From: Bacteroidetes bacterium HGW-Bacteroidetes-17
Lineage (GTDB): Bacteria; Bacteroidota; Bacteroidia; Bacteroidales; GCA-2711565
Direction: 5' to 3'
Length of the DNA: 64,000 nucleotides
Assembly: GCA_002840985.1 (NCBI GenBank)
Contig: PHDM01000007.1
Span: 787 to 64,786, forward strand
This document shows positions 1-10,023 of this stretch, piece by piece (position 1 is the first letter of the stretch; every line of letters begins with the position of its first letter). Position numbers and translations under genes: made by a program. The notes beneath the pieces were generated by a model. The model made no database searches and was not told the origin of the DNA. It saw only the letters and a program-made list of their open reading frames with translations.

Positions 1-128
1 TGAAAATTCATCCGAAATGTATCCACATCTGTAACATTTAAAAATTTCTTTTTCTTTTTTGAATGCTGTTTCTTATTTCTTCTTTATTTTCATTTGCTTA
101 ATCTAAGTGTTTTGTGGATAGTATTTAA

Positions 129-1667
129 TTAATTTCCCCAGCTTTCCCGGTCGAGGCTTCTATAATGAATGGCTTCGGCCAAATGCTCGGTCAGTATTTC
201 TTCTTCTCCTTCCAGATCAGCGATGGTGCGCGAAACCTTGATAATCCGGTCATATGCTCTTGCTGAGAGGTTTAATTTAGAAATTGCCGTTTTAAGAAGT
301 TGTTGTCCTGTATCGTCAATCTTACAAATCGCTCTTAATTGTTTGGTCGACATTTGGGCATTGCAATGAATATTCTCGCTGTCAGCGAAACGAATTTCCT
401 GTATTTTTCGGGCTTTAATTACACGCTGACGTATCGTCTCACTAGGTTCGCATGGGGTATTGTCGGAAAGCGTATCAACAGGAACGGGTACAACTTCAAC
501 ATGAATATCAATGCGGTCGAGTAAAGGACCGGAAATGCGATTCAGGTATTTTTGAACCATGCCCGGGGCGCAAACACATTCCTGGTCGGGGTGGTTGTAA
601 TAACCGCAAGGACAGGGATTCATAGCTGCAATCAACATGAAATTGGCCGGATATTCAACGGATATCCTCGCACGTGAAATCGTTACATTTCGATCTTCCA
701 TGGGTTGGCGCATTACTTCCAAAACGGTTCGTTTAAATTCGGGAAGCTCATCCAAAAATAATACACCATTTTGCGCCAGTGTGATTTCACCGGGTTGAGG
801 GAAGGTTCCTCCTCCAACCAAACCGGCATCACTGATCGTATGATGGGGCGCACGGAAAGGACGAACCGTAATTAATCCTTTGTGATTTCCCATTTTGCCT
901 GCTACCGAATGAATTTTAGTGGTTTCTAGAGCTTCTTTTAAGTTCAAAGGTGGAAGTATGGAGGGCATTCGTTTTGCCAACATCGTTTTTCCTGATCCGG
1001 GAGGGCCTATCAAAATTGCATTGTGCCCACCGGCAGCCGAGATTTCAAGTGCCCGTTTTATGTTTTCCTGTCCCTTTACTTCCGAAAAATCAAACTCGTA
1101 ATGATTAAGTTGGGAATAAAATTCTTTTCTGGTATCTATAACAGCTGGTATAATAGGGCTTTTCCCATCTAAATGTTTAATAACTTCCGTAATATTTTCA
1201 GCCCCTAAAACTTCAAGTTTACTAACGATGGCCGCTTCTAATACATTCGCTTTGGGAATAATAACCCCTTTAAACCCATTTTCCAATGCAGAAATAGCGA
1301 TTGGTAAAGCTCCTTTTATGGGATTCAGGCTACCATCAAGTGAAAGCTCTCCCATGATGATGTAATCGTTTAATAGGTCACTTTTAATTTGTTCGGAAGC
1401 TGCAAGAATTCCGATAGCCAGAGGTAAATCATAGGCAGAACCCTCTTTGCGGATATCGGCAGGAGCCATGTTGATCACAATTTTTCTCCCCGGGTATTTA
1501 TATCCAACTTGAGATAGGGCCGATTCAATTCTTTGCTGACTTTCTTTCACCGCACTATCCGGTAATCCGACTAAGTAAAAATTGATCCCCTGACCAACTT
1601 CAACCTCAATAGTTATGGTTAAGGCATCAATTCCAATGATGGCGCTTCCAAATGTTTTGACTAGCAT
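129..1667 (-). CDS. comM: YifB/ComM family Mg-chelatase-like AAA+ ATPase
   Basis: 512-aa ORF. Walker A 'GPPGSGKTMLA', Walker B-like 'VLFLDELPEF', Cys-rich insert 'NPCPCGYYNHPDQECVC', and a family-typical N-terminus 'MLVKTFGSAIIGIDA'. Confidence 0.9.
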   Translation of the reverse strand: MLVKTFGSAIIGIDALTITIEVEVGQGINFYLVGLPDSAVKESQQRIESALSQVGYKYPGRKIVINMAPADIRKEGSAYDLPLAIGILAASEQIKSDLLNDYIIMGELSLDGSLNPIKGALPIAISALENGFKGVIIPKANVLEAAIVSKLEVLGAENITEVIKHLDGKSPIIPAVIDTRKEFYSQLNHYEFDFSEVKGQENIKRALEISAAGGHNAILIGPPGSGKTMLAKRMPSILPPLNLKEALETTKIHSVAGKMGNHKGLITVRPFRAPHHTISDAGLVGGGTFPQPGEITLAQNGVLFLDELPEFKRTVLEVMRQPMEDRNVTISRARISVEYPANFMLIAAMNPCPCGYYNHPDQECVCAPGMVQKYLNRISGPLLDRIDIHVEVVPVPVDTLSDNTPCEPSETIRQRVIKARKIQEIRFADSENIHCNAQMSTKQLRAICKIDDTGQQLLKTAISKLNLSARAYDRIIKVSRTIADLEGEEEILTEHLAEAIHYRSLDRESWGN

Positions 1668-1749
1668 AATCTATCCTGAAAAGATTTGTACACAGATAAA
1701 GTTTAATACCAGAAAAGGTAAAATGTCGCAGAAATCCGGAAACTTAATT

Positions 1750-2751
1750 TTACTGAATGGGTTTGTACTTAGATTGGGAAAAGATTAATTTGTTATCTGT
1801 ATTCCTGAATAATTCAGCCAGTGTGATCTCTGGATGATAGTTCATGTATGAACGGACAATTTGCCATCCGAACCATACCCCAAGGCGGGCAGGAGCATCT
1901 TTAGAAAAAGCGGCAGTAAAAGGGCCATCATTTGTAAATTTTCTGATAATCTGACCATCGGAGCTAAATAAAACCTGATTATCGATGATAAATGCCCACA
2001 AATTTCTTTCGTTTTCTGAACACCATTTGATCTGTTCCTGACTATAACCAATCTTTAAATAGTCTTCTTTCTTTGGCAAAGTGGCATCAAGAAAATACAT
2101 GACTTTACCAAGGTTTATTATTTCATCCAGAAATGTAGTTGTTTTTTGGGATGGAGGTAGTAATTGCAGGGCAAGTTCTTTCATGCAATCAATGGAAATA
2201 TAATCGGGTTGCATCCTCTCAATTTTGTATTGTGGAATTCCAATTTCGCTGTAGGTTTTAAAGCCCTTACCTAAATAAACATCTAATCCAATTATAATTG
2301 CACTATCAAAAATTTGTACTGGATACTCATATTGATATCCTGAAACATAAGTAAAAACCTGAGGAATAAGGTTTCCAGGAAAATAATGTGTATAATATTT
2401 GAAGGCACTTTCAAGTTCACTTGATAATGAATTTAAATCAGGAAATTTTTTTTCTGTTTCATGAAATGCGTTAATTAATTCAGGATCAGTTATAAAATCT
2501 TCGATCTGGTTCAAATTCGTTGTATCCTCCAAATCAGCAGCAAGAAAAATCCAATATTTTTGTTGAATTGCTTGTAAGCCTTCCTTTATATGATCAGGTT
2601 GTAGACTGAAGAGATCACACTCGTAGCGTGTAATGCTAAAGTCACCTAGTTTTATACCCGAAACATCAAAATCTAATTTTCTTTCCTTTTCACTGTTGCA
2701 TGAATTAAGCAACATTAGAATAATAATTATGTAGAACGTGTTAAATTTCAA
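1750..2751 (-). CDS. gldB: GldB-like gliding-motility lipoprotein (DUF2268-like)
   Basis: 333 aa. Lipoprotein signal 'IIILMLLNSC'. Size and the central 'IIGLDVYLGKGFKTYSEIGIPQY' region resemble GldB as I remember it. Identified from memory, not by a search. Confidence 0.5.
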   Translation of the reverse strand: MKFNTFYIIIILMLLNSCNSEKERKLDFDVSGIKLGDFSITRYECDLFSLQPDHIKEGLQAIQQKYWIFLAADLEDTTNLNQIEDFITDPELINAFHETEKKFPDLNSLSSELESAFKYYTHYFPGNLIPQVFTYVSGYQYEYPVQIFDSAIIIGLDVYLGKGFKTYSEIGIPQYKIERMQPDYISIDCMKELALQLLPPSQKTTTFLDEIINLGKVMYFLDATLPKKEDYLKIGYSQEQIKWCSENERNLWAFIIDNQVLFSSDGQIIRKFTNDGPFTAAFSKDAPARLGVWFGWQIVRSYMNYHPEITLAELFRNTDNKLIFSQSKYKPIQ

Positions 2752-2824
2752 GGAGATTATTTTTAATAAAAAATCACATAGTCAAAGCTAATTTTTTTAC
2801 TTAGAAAGATTAACGTAAGCAAAA

Positions 2825-2850
2825 GATGCCAAATCGCATGATTTGGCATC
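2825..2850 (-). terminator. Rho-independent terminator after the beta-barrel gene
   Basis: Perfect 11-bp stem gatgccaaatc / gatttggcatc with a 4-nt loop. It lies 25 nt past the stop codon (2875-2877) and is followed by TTTT on the minus strand. Confidence 0.6.
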
Positions 2851-2874
2851 CTGAAAACCGAGTTACCGATTCAG

Positions 2875-3471
2875 TTAAAAAATCTTCCAGCCCAGTGAAA
2901 CGGTGAATCCATTGCTTTTTGAATCGTAGGTATTTCCGTCTACATCCGCGATAACTTTGGTTAATCCAATATTATATCGAACATCTAGGGTAAACATCAA
3001 TACATCAACACCAGCTCCTACTTGTAGGCCCCAATTTAAATCTTCGATATCATCAACATGTATTCCGAGATCACCTGTGCCTTCAATGGTTTTATCGGTG
3101 ACAATAGATGCCGTAGGACCTGCAAAAGCTCTTAAGTTAAGTAGTTTTAGGTCAATGACTTTAGCTCCTATTAAAAATGGAATCTGAATAGTATTCAATT
3201 TAACATCACTCTCAAAAGGATTTGAAAATCCAATTTCAGATTTGAATGTACCACCTTCAGTTACCCAGTTAATTTCCGGTTGAACATAAATTTTAGTTCC
3301 TAATCTTAAAAAAAGCCCAAACTGAAAGCTGCTTTGCAAATCAGATTTGATGTCGCTTTTATCTGTAGAAAGTTTAGAAGTGTTATAGCCAATCTTTGGC
3401 CCGAATGAAATTTGCGAGAATGCAGTACTTGCTAGAAAAGTAATTGCAAATAATAAAATAATTTTTTTCAT
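2875..3471 (-). CDS. Small outer-membrane beta-barrel protein (PorT/OMP_b-brl_2-like)
   Basis: 198 aa. Signal peptide 'MKKIILLFAITFLASTAFSQ', alternating hydrophobic beta-strand pattern, and a C-terminal aromatic residue ('LGWKIF'). Confidence 0.7.
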   Translation of the reverse strand: MKKIILLFAITFLASTAFSQISFGPKIGYNTSKLSTDKSDIKSDLQSSFQFGLFLRLGTKIYVQPEINWVTEGGTFKSEIGFSNPFESDVKLNTIQIPFLIGAKVIDLKLLNLRAFAGPTASIVTDKTIEGTGDLGIHVDDIEDLNWGLQVGAGVDVLMFTLDVRYNIGLTKVIADVDGNTYDSKSNGFTVSLGWKIF

Positions 3472-3834
3472 GATATTGTTTGTTTTGTTAAATTTTGAGG
3501 TTAATTAATATTTATTTTTCTTCACTATTATATTATTAAAAATATTATTTGAATTATTACATATAGAAAATTTGCTTTAACAAAGATAGTCAATTCGTAA
3601 AAATTAAAATAATTATATAACAGTATATTAACAACGACCATCTTTGTCAATTATTATAGCGTATTAATATTGATTTAATTACATTTGCTTACTAGTATCT
3701 TGAATGCTTGTCTTGAGGCCCTTGGTATGGTTTAAATTCTCAGGTTAGCTAAAAATTATTTTTGAATTAACAGGTATTAATTTTAAATGATCAAATGAAA
3801 ATGATCTGTTTCGTTCAATATTAATCAATTACAG

Positions 3835-4527
3835 ATGAAAAGAAAGTCACTTGTATTGTTCATTTTGCTTTTGGCAACAATTAGTCAAAGCTTGGCTCAG
3901 GAAAAGCCATTTTTATTCGGAATGAAATTGTCACCCAATATTGGTTGGATGAAACCAGATTCTGAAGGTTATAATAATGATGGATTAAAAACGGGGGTTA
4001 GTTGGGGTCTCGTTGCAGAAATTCACCTGATGGAAAACTATGATCTGCATTCAGGAGTGAATATTACAATGATTCGTTCAGCACTTAATTATCCAGACCT
4101 GAAAACCATTGATGGAAATCCGGAGGTAGGAGAAATGAGCAGGTTATATAATTTAAAATATTTGGGTTTCCCTCTTATTTTTAGAATGAAAACAAATGAA
4201 AATGCAAAAAAAAGGTTCTTTGGACAGTTTGGGATTGAACTTAATTTCTTAATATCAAGTGATGCAAAAGATAAGTTTCTTTCGGAGAGTGCCGGTCAGG
4301 TTAATGAGGAAAATAATATTTATAAAGAGCTGAAATTTGCAAGATATTCAGTAATAGTAGGAGCCGGAATGGAGTATGCTTTAGGTGGATCAAACAAGTT
4401 AATTACCGGAATAAATTTTAATAACGGGATTAACGATGTGCTTAAAGACGGGAATAGGATTGATCCATCAATCAATCAAATTGCGATCAACAACTATTTT
4501 GAATTTTATGTAAGTTTTCTTTTTTAA
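3835..4527 (+). CDS. Small outer-membrane beta-barrel protein (PorT-like), divergent neighbour of the 2875-3471 gene
   Basis: 230 aa. Signal peptide 'LLLATISQSLAQ', beta-strand periodicity, and a C-terminal 'FEFYVSFLF'. Confidence 0.65.
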   Translation: MKRKSLVLFILLLATISQSLAQEKPFLFGMKLSPNIGWMKPDSEGYNNDGLKTGVSWGLVAEIHLMENYDLHSGVNITMIRSALNYPDLKTIDGNPEVGEMSRLYNLKYLGFPLIFRMKTNENAKKRFFGQFGIELNFLISSDAKDKFLSESAGQVNEENNIYKELKFARYSVIVGAGMEYALGGSNKLITGINFNNGINDVLKDGNRIDPSINQIAINNYFEFYVSFLF

Positions 4528-4546
4528 TCATTCGAGGAGTAAAATT

Positions 4547-6187
4547 GTGAAAATAGCTATTGCCCAATTAAATTATCACATCGGAAATTTCGATCAAAAT
4601 CTTGAAAAAATTTTCAAGGCAATCGTTCAATCCAGAAACCTTGGTGCAGAGCTAGTGGCCTTCGCCGAATTGGCAATATCGGGTTACCCTCCCCGTGATT
4701 TTCTTGAATTTGATGATTATATTGACAGATGTTGGGCAAGTATTGAATCAATTGCAAAAAAAACCGAAAATATAGCTGTAATCATTGGCTCTCCAAGCAG
4801 AAACAAAAATGTAAAAGGTAAACGCCTATATAATTCTGCTGTTTTTATCAGTAATAAAAACATCATTTCAGTTCATCATAAAGGTTTGTTGCCAACCTAT
4901 GATATTTTTGACGAATATCGTTATTTTGAACCATCAACCGATTTTAAAATAATCGAATATAAAGGGAAGAAAATTGCCCTAACCATATGTGAAGATTTAT
5001 GGAATGTTGGTGATAATCCTTTGTATACGTCAAATCCTATGGACGAATTATACAAGTCGAGCCCTGATTTGATGATAAACATTGCTGCATCTCCATTTCA
5101 TTATTCGCAGGCATCATCCAGAAAAGAAATTTTACTTGAGAATGTAAATAAATACAAACTACCATTGGTTTATGTTAACCATGTAGGTGCTCAAACTGAA
5201 CTTTTATTCGATGGAGGTTCCTTAGTTTATAATGCCAGGGGTGAGTTGGTTCAGGAGTGTGATTATTTTAAAGAGGACCTTCGAATTATTGATTTGGATA
5301 AGGTAATTGAATTTGAATCCGAAATTATTTCATCACCGTTTGTTTCAAAAATTGAATTGATACATGAAGCTTTGGTGATGGGCGTACGTAATTATTTTCA
5401 TAAACTGGGGTTTGAAAAAGCCATTTTGGGCCTTTCAGGAGGGATCGATTCGGCAGTAACTGCTGCAATTGCAGCAGACGCGCTGGGTGCTGAAAATGTA
5501 ACAGGGATTTTACTTCCCTCACAGTTTTCTTCCAACCATTCTATTTCTGATGCAAAACGGCTGGCTCAAAATTTAAAATGTAAGTTCGACATCATTCCCA
5601 TCGAAAATTCATATAAATCAATCGAAAATAGCTTAAGTAAACAGTTTAAGGATTTGCCTTTTAATTTGGCCGAAGAAAATATTCAGGCCAGAGTGAGAGG
5701 TGTAATTTTAATGGCCCTGTCTAATAAATTTGGGTCAATACTGCTTAATACTTCAAACAAAAGTGAAGCTGCCGTGGGTTATGGCACGTTATATGGCGAT
5801 ATGAACGGCGGAATTTCTGTACTCGGTGATGTTTATAAAACCGAAGTGTTTGAGCTGGCTCGTTATATTAATCGAAACAGAGAAATTATTCCTGAAAACA
5901 CGATTATCAAACCTCCTTCAGCTGAACTCCGTCCGAATCAAAAAGATTCAGATTCATTGCCTGATTATGAGATATTAGATCAAATTCTATATAATTACAT
6001 AGAACTCAGAAAAGGACCTGAAGAATTGAAGAAGATGGGTTTTGATGCCCAAATTGTTGATCGTACACTGAAGATGGTAAATACCAACGAATATAAACGA
6101 TACCAAACACCACCAATTTTAAGAGTGTCGTCTAAAGCCTTCGGGATGGGCAGAAGAATGCCCATTGTTGCAAAGTATTTATCATAA
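4547..6187 (+). CDS. nadE: Glutamine-dependent NAD+ synthetase (CN-hydrolase domain plus NAD synthetase domain)
   Basis: 546 aa with a GTG start. N-terminal nitrilase-type domain ('IAIAQLN...', 'ALTICEDLW'). PP-loop 'GLSGGIDSAV'. Confidence 0.93.
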   Translation: MKIAIAQLNYHIGNFDQNLEKIFKAIVQSRNLGAELVAFAELAISGYPPRDFLEFDDYIDRCWASIESIAKKTENIAVIIGSPSRNKNVKGKRLYNSAVFISNKNIISVHHKGLLPTYDIFDEYRYFEPSTDFKIIEYKGKKIALTICEDLWNVGDNPLYTSNPMDELYKSSPDLMINIAASPFHYSQASSRKEILLENVNKYKLPLVYVNHVGAQTELLFDGGSLVYNARGELVQECDYFKEDLRIIDLDKVIEFESEIISSPFVSKIELIHEALVMGVRNYFHKLGFEKAILGLSGGIDSAVTAAIAADALGAENVTGILLPSQFSSNHSISDAKRLAQNLKCKFDIIPIENSYKSIENSLSKQFKDLPFNLAEENIQARVRGVILMALSNKFGSILLNTSNKSEAAVGYGTLYGDMNGGISVLGDVYKTEVFELARYINRNREIIPENTIIKPPSAELRPNQKDSDSLPDYEILDQILYNYIELRKGPEELKKMGFDAQIVDRTLKMVNTNEYKRYQTPPILRVSSKAFGMGRRMPIVAKYLS

Positions 6188-6193
6188 ATCTGT

Positions 6194-6442
6194 TTACAGA
6201 TTTATAGCTTCTACTGATTTAATTTGGGGTAAAGCTTTTTTAACTGCAGATTCGACGCCATTTTTAAGGGTCATCGTGCTATAAGGACATGCACCACATG
6301 CACCCATCAACTCTACATTTACAACCAAATCGTCGGTAATGTTTACAAACTTGATGTCGCCACCGTCTTGTTGAAGATAAGGTCGAACCTGATCAATGAT
6401 GTTTTTTACTTTCTGTTCTAATTCTTTATTAGTTTCGCTCAT
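6194..6442 (-). CDS. NifU-like Fe-S cluster domain protein (Nfu C-terminal type)
   Basis: 'CGACPYS' CxxC motif and 'VRPYLQQDGGDIKFV'. I prefer the ATG at 6442 (MSETNKE...) over the ORF-track start at 6472. Confidence 0.85.
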   Translation of the reverse strand: MSETNKELEQKVKNIIDQVRPYLQQDGGDIKFVNITDDLVVNVELMGACGACPYSTMTLKNGVESAVKKALPQIKSVEAINL

Positions 6443-6517
6443 CGGAAAATCCTTTATAATTTGAAAATGCAAATGTATAAAATTCTATTTGTAAATTAAG
6501 TCTGAATAAGAATTGTA

Positions 6518-7552
6518 TTATGAAGTTTGTTCAATAATATTTTTAGCCAATTGGGCATAAACTTTCCCAATGATCCCATTCCCGTCCATAGCGATAGGGC
6601 TTCCTTTATCGCCTGACTCAGCAATTGCTGCAACTAAAGGGATTTCACCTAAAAAAGGGATGTTTAAATTTGTCGCGAAGATTTCGGCATTACCTTTCCC
6701 GAAAATATAATATTTATTGTCGGGTAATTCAGCAGGTGTGAAATATGACATATTTTCGATAACTCCCAAAACAGGTACATTTATTTTCTCCTGTCTGAAC
6801 ATGGCAACTGCTTTTTTAACATCGGCGATAGCCACTTGTTGTGGAGTTGTAACAATAATTGCTCCTGTGATTGGGTATGATTGTGTTAATGTAAGATGAA
6901 TATCACTGGTGCCGGGAGGAAGGTCAACCAACATATAATCGATTTCTCCCCAAACGGCATCATTGAATAATTGATTTAAGGCACTTGAAGCCATAGGACC
7001 TCTCCAAATCAATGCCTGATCAGCTTTAACAAAAAAACCAATCGATAAAATTTTAATGCCATATTTTTCGATGGGCAAAACCTTTGTTTTTCCGTTTACT
7101 TGGGTGGCCGATGGTTGCGCATTTTCCAAGCCGAACATAATTGGCATGGACGGGCCATAAATATCAGCATCAAGTAATGCCACTTTCTTACCTAACTTTG
7201 ATAGGGCAATCGCTAGGTTACTTGCAACGGTTGATTTCCCCACACCACCTTTACCTGAGGCTATTGCAATAATCTTCTTAACACCTGATAAGGGTCCTTC
7301 TCCGCTATTTTTTTGTGCAATAGGATTAACATTAACCTTAATTGCTTCTCCGAATTTTTCCTTGATTAATGATGAACAATTTTCAACCATCATTTTGATG
7401 CCCGGATCGTTCAAATCAGGAAATACAAGGTTAAAACTTACTTCACTTTCACTGATTTGTAAGTTTTCAATCATATTCAATTCAACAATATTATTTCGTT
7501 TCGGGAAATAAATAATTTGTTTCAACTGCTCAAATATTGCTTCTTTTTGCAT
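6518..7552 (-). CDS. apbC: Mrp/ApbC/NBP35-family Fe-S cluster carrier ATPase
   Basis: 344 aa. Deviant Walker A 'ASGKGGVGKSTVA', an N-terminal DUF59/MIP18-like region, and 'VDLPPGTSD'. Confidence 0.92.
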   Translation of the reverse strand: MQKEAIFEQLKQIIYFPKRNNIVELNMIENLQISESEVSFNLVFPDLNDPGIKMMVENCSSLIKEKFGEAIKVNVNPIAQKNSGEGPLSGVKKIIAIASGKGGVGKSTVASNLAIALSKLGKKVALLDADIYGPSMPIMFGLENAQPSATQVNGKTKVLPIEKYGIKILSIGFFVKADQALIWRGPMASSALNQLFNDAVWGEIDYMLVDLPPGTSDIHLTLTQSYPITGAIIVTTPQQVAIADVKKAVAMFRQEKINVPVLGVIENMSYFTPAELPDNKYYIFGKGNAEIFATNLNIPFLGEIPLVAAIAESGDKGSPIAMDGNGIIGKVYAQLAKNIIEQTS

Positions 7553-7624
7553 GCTGTAATATTATTTATGCTATTCTTATTTAGATTTGGTAAATTTAAG
7601 AAATTAGGATGAGATTGGGGTTGT

Positions 7625-7960
7625 TTAAAGTAATTCTTTTGCAGGATCCCAGAAATATTTTTCAAAATCAATGATTTTGTCATTAGCAATTTGAATGCCT
7701 TCGTTTTCAAGCAATTTTTGCATTAAGGTCGGGTCCCCAAAATGATGTTTGCCGGTAAGCATTCCATTGCGGTTAACTACGCGATGGGCAGGAATTGATT
7801 TGAGTGCGTGATGAGAGCCGTTCATGGCCCAACCAACCATACGGGCCGATCCTTTACTCCCGATATAAGCTGCGATGGCGCCATAGGTAGTAAATCTTCC
7901 GGTTGGGATTAATTGAGCAACTTGGTAAACCTGTTCAAAAAAAGGCATGTCATCATTCAT
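7625..7960 (-). CDS. Alkyltransferase-like (ATL) protein; MGMT DNA-binding fold without the acceptor cysteine
   Basis: 111 aa. The MGMT C-domain motif reads 'IPAHRVV' instead of 'PCHRV'. The Ala codon gcc is at 7787-7789 on the minus strand. Confidence 0.8.
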   Translation of the reverse strand: MNDDMPFFEQVYQVAQLIPTGRFTTYGAIAAYIGSKGSARMVGWAMNGSHHALKSIPAHRVVNRNGMLTGKHHFGDPTLMQKLLENEGIQIANDKIIDFEKYFWDPAKELL

Positions 7961-8624
7961 GCAGACGAAATTTTAAATAGTTTATCTTTTTTCCTTCACG
8001 AAGATAACGTGTCTCGTAATAAGTTTGAATGTTTTTAACATCCTCCTCGATATCTGAATTATATAGATCTTTTGTTTGAAGCATCAATTCATGCTTTTCC
8101 ATTTTGATCATTTCAAGGCAATATTCAAATAAATTCAGATTGTCGGTTTTTAAATGAATCACCCCGCTAGGAGTTAGAAATCGTTTATAAATTTCCAGAA
8201 ATCTGGGTGAAATTAACCTTTTATGAGCTTTGAGAGGTTTTGGTTGAGGATCTGGAAATGTGACCCATATCTCACTCACTTCATTTTTCTCAAAATAAAA
8301 ATCAATGGTTTCAATCTGTGTTCGGATAAAGGCTGTATTTGTTAAGTTTTGTTCTATGGATGACATCGCACCTCTCCAAAGTCTTGCTCCTTTAATATCC
8401 ACGCCAATATAATTATGATGGGGATACTTATTGGCTAACCCCACTGTGTATTCTCCTTTACCACAGCCTAATTCCAGAATAATTGGGTTCTCATTTTTGA
8501 AATAGGTTTGATGCCAATTACCTTTTAGTTTGCATCCTTTAGCTATCAAATCATGATATTCAATTTGAAAGAGATTTGGAAACGTAAGATTTTCTTGAAA
8601 TTTCCTAATTTTATTTTTTGGCAC
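7953..8624 (-). CDS. trmB: tRNA (guanine46-N7)-methyltransferase
   Basis: 223 aa with a GTG start. SAM motif 'ILELGCGKGEY', plus 'WVTFPDPQPK' and 'KRLISPRFL'. Overlaps the downstream ATL gene by 8 nt. Confidence 0.9.
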   Translation of the reverse strand: MPKNKIRKFQENLTFPNLFQIEYHDLIAKGCKLKGNWHQTYFKNENPIILELGCGKGEYTVGLANKYPHHNYIGVDIKGARLWRGAMSSIEQNLTNTAFIRTQIETIDFYFEKNEVSEIWVTFPDPQPKPLKAHKRLISPRFLEIYKRFLTPSGVIHLKTDNLNLFEYCLEMIKMEKHELMLQTKDLYNSDIEEDVKNIQTYYETRYLREGKKINYLKFRLHE

Positions 8625-8740
8625 CAGTGATATTTTTAGAGGAGCAAATTTCGTAAAAAATCTGAAAAAGAAGAGCCCTTTAAAATTTTATTCAATAATA
8701 ATTCTGAATTTTTTGTTCGATTTAGTGGAAAGATAAAACC

Positions 8741-9967
8741 CTATAGAGATAAGATCCAAGCCGAAGAATTTTCATCTTTACGGATAATTGCTAATTTTTG
8801 ATTGGCATCAGCAATATTGTTGTAACTATAATAATACACACGATAATGATTGAATTTATTGACCCCGGCAATATCGGCTTCAAATCCTTTTTGTTTTAAT
8901 TCCAGAACAAGCTTATCGGCATTAGCCAAACTGGCAAATGACCCGGCAATGATATAATATTTGGGTGATGTTTGATCGTTCTGAATAATGTTCTTTTTTT
9001 CAAGAACAACTGGCTGTGATGCTGTATTTTCATTCGGTTGAGCTTCAATGGCCTGATTGTTTTCAGATCCAACTTCTGATAAATCCTTCGTTTTCTCTTT
9101 TAATTTTTCCACTAATTTATCATAGGTCTCATCAACTGGGTTGGGTTTATTTTCTTCAACTATCGGTTCCTCTGTTTCTTCTTTGGGTAATTCATAATTG
9201 ATTTTTAATTTATCTCCGACTTCTTTCAATTTATCACCCAGATTTGGAGCATTAGAAAGACCAAGCATCACATAATTTGCAATAAGATAATCGTTTGGAT
9301 TGGTATAGTAGAAAGGAATCAGTGAAGAATAATTTTTGTAGTATTCTTTAACGTGGTTGAACCTGAATATTAAAAAAACTGAAGCAAGGAGCAAAATTAC
9401 TACTGCAGATACATTAATCCGAATATACTTTGGGCCTTTAGTTTTAGGTTTTGCTACAGGTTTTTTGATTTGTGTTCTTTCATAAACATGCTCAGCTTTC
9501 CTATCCTGTGGAATTTGCTTTTTAATGATTGGCCGACCGGTTGTACTTCTTTTGATCGGTGGTGAAATAAAACTTTTTAACCCATAAGAATCAGCAAGAT
9601 AATTTTGAGTGCTATCAGATGCAAATTGCTTAAAGCCGGCTTCATTTAAAAATAAAGTGCCAACTTTACGGAAATGAATTCTTTTCCCATTTTTTAAAGC
9701 AGTTTCGCATTGTTCAACAAACCGGTCAAGTGTTTCTTTAGCCTCTAAATAAGTAATTTTCTCTGAACTGGCTATGTGGTTAATGAGTAAGCCATCGTTA
9801 GCTTTTAGGTGAGCATTGAATACGATATCTTTTGAAGGTGGAACAAAATGATTTTGTACCGGGTTAATTTTTGCAGGAATTTCCTTTGTGATAAATCCAC
9901 CAAATCCAGGAATAACAATACATTCGTATTTAAACAGTAAGTCTCCAATATAACGTGCAACTTTCAT
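8741..9967 (-). CDS. HU-like (CCDC81-type) N-terminal domains, TM segment and SPOR peptidoglycan-binding domain protein
   Basis: 408 aa. 'VIPGFGGF' and 'FRKVGTLF' HU-like repeats, TM segment 'VSAVVILLLASVFLIF', a low-complexity E/K/P linker, and a C-terminal SPOR-like 'YYIIAGSFASLANADKL...YRVYY'. Confidence 0.8.
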   Translation of the reverse strand: MKVARYIGDLLFKYECIVIPGFGGFITKEIPAKINPVQNHFVPPSKDIVFNAHLKANDGLLINHIASSEKITYLEAKETLDRFVEQCETALKNGKRIHFRKVGTLFLNEAGFKQFASDSTQNYLADSYGLKSFISPPIKRSTTGRPIIKKQIPQDRKAEHVYERTQIKKPVAKPKTKGPKYIRINVSAVVILLLASVFLIFRFNHVKEYYKNYSSLIPFYYTNPNDYLIANYVMLGLSNAPNLGDKLKEVGDKLKINYELPKEETEEPIVEENKPNPVDETYDKLVEKLKEKTKDLSEVGSENNQAIEAQPNENTASQPVVLEKKNIIQNDQTSPKYYIIAGSFASLANADKLVLELKQKGFEADIAGVNKFNHYRVYYYSYNNIADANQKLAIIRKDENSSAWILSL

Positions 9968-10023
9968 TTTTTATTCCTTATAATTCTGGTACTTTGCTAA
10001 AGTACGACCGATGAATTCAATAT

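Noticed and set aside
3472-3834. A 363-bp very AT-rich divergent spacer between two beta-barrel genes, with short inverted repeats (acaaagat/atctttgt), as a possible regulatory or mobile remnant.
   Set aside because: Only short, low-information AT-rich matches are present. This is consistent with two ordinary divergent promoters.
4206-4213. Homopolymer tracts in coding regions as phase-variation switches: A8 in the 3835-4527 OMP gene, A8 at about 4756 in nadE, T9 at about 12357 and T9 at about 50319.
   Set aside because: Tracts of 8-9 nt are expected by chance in a genome this AT-rich. They also occur in essential genes such as nadE, and all encode in-frame Lys/Phe runs.
7522-7710. A 62-aa ORF spanning the mrp-ATL spacer, and a 62-aa ORF at 18048-18236 spanning the lptF/G-tgt spacer.
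   Set aside because: Both overlap the ends of well-supported genes and consist of K/N/L-rich AT-driven sequence with no signal or motif.
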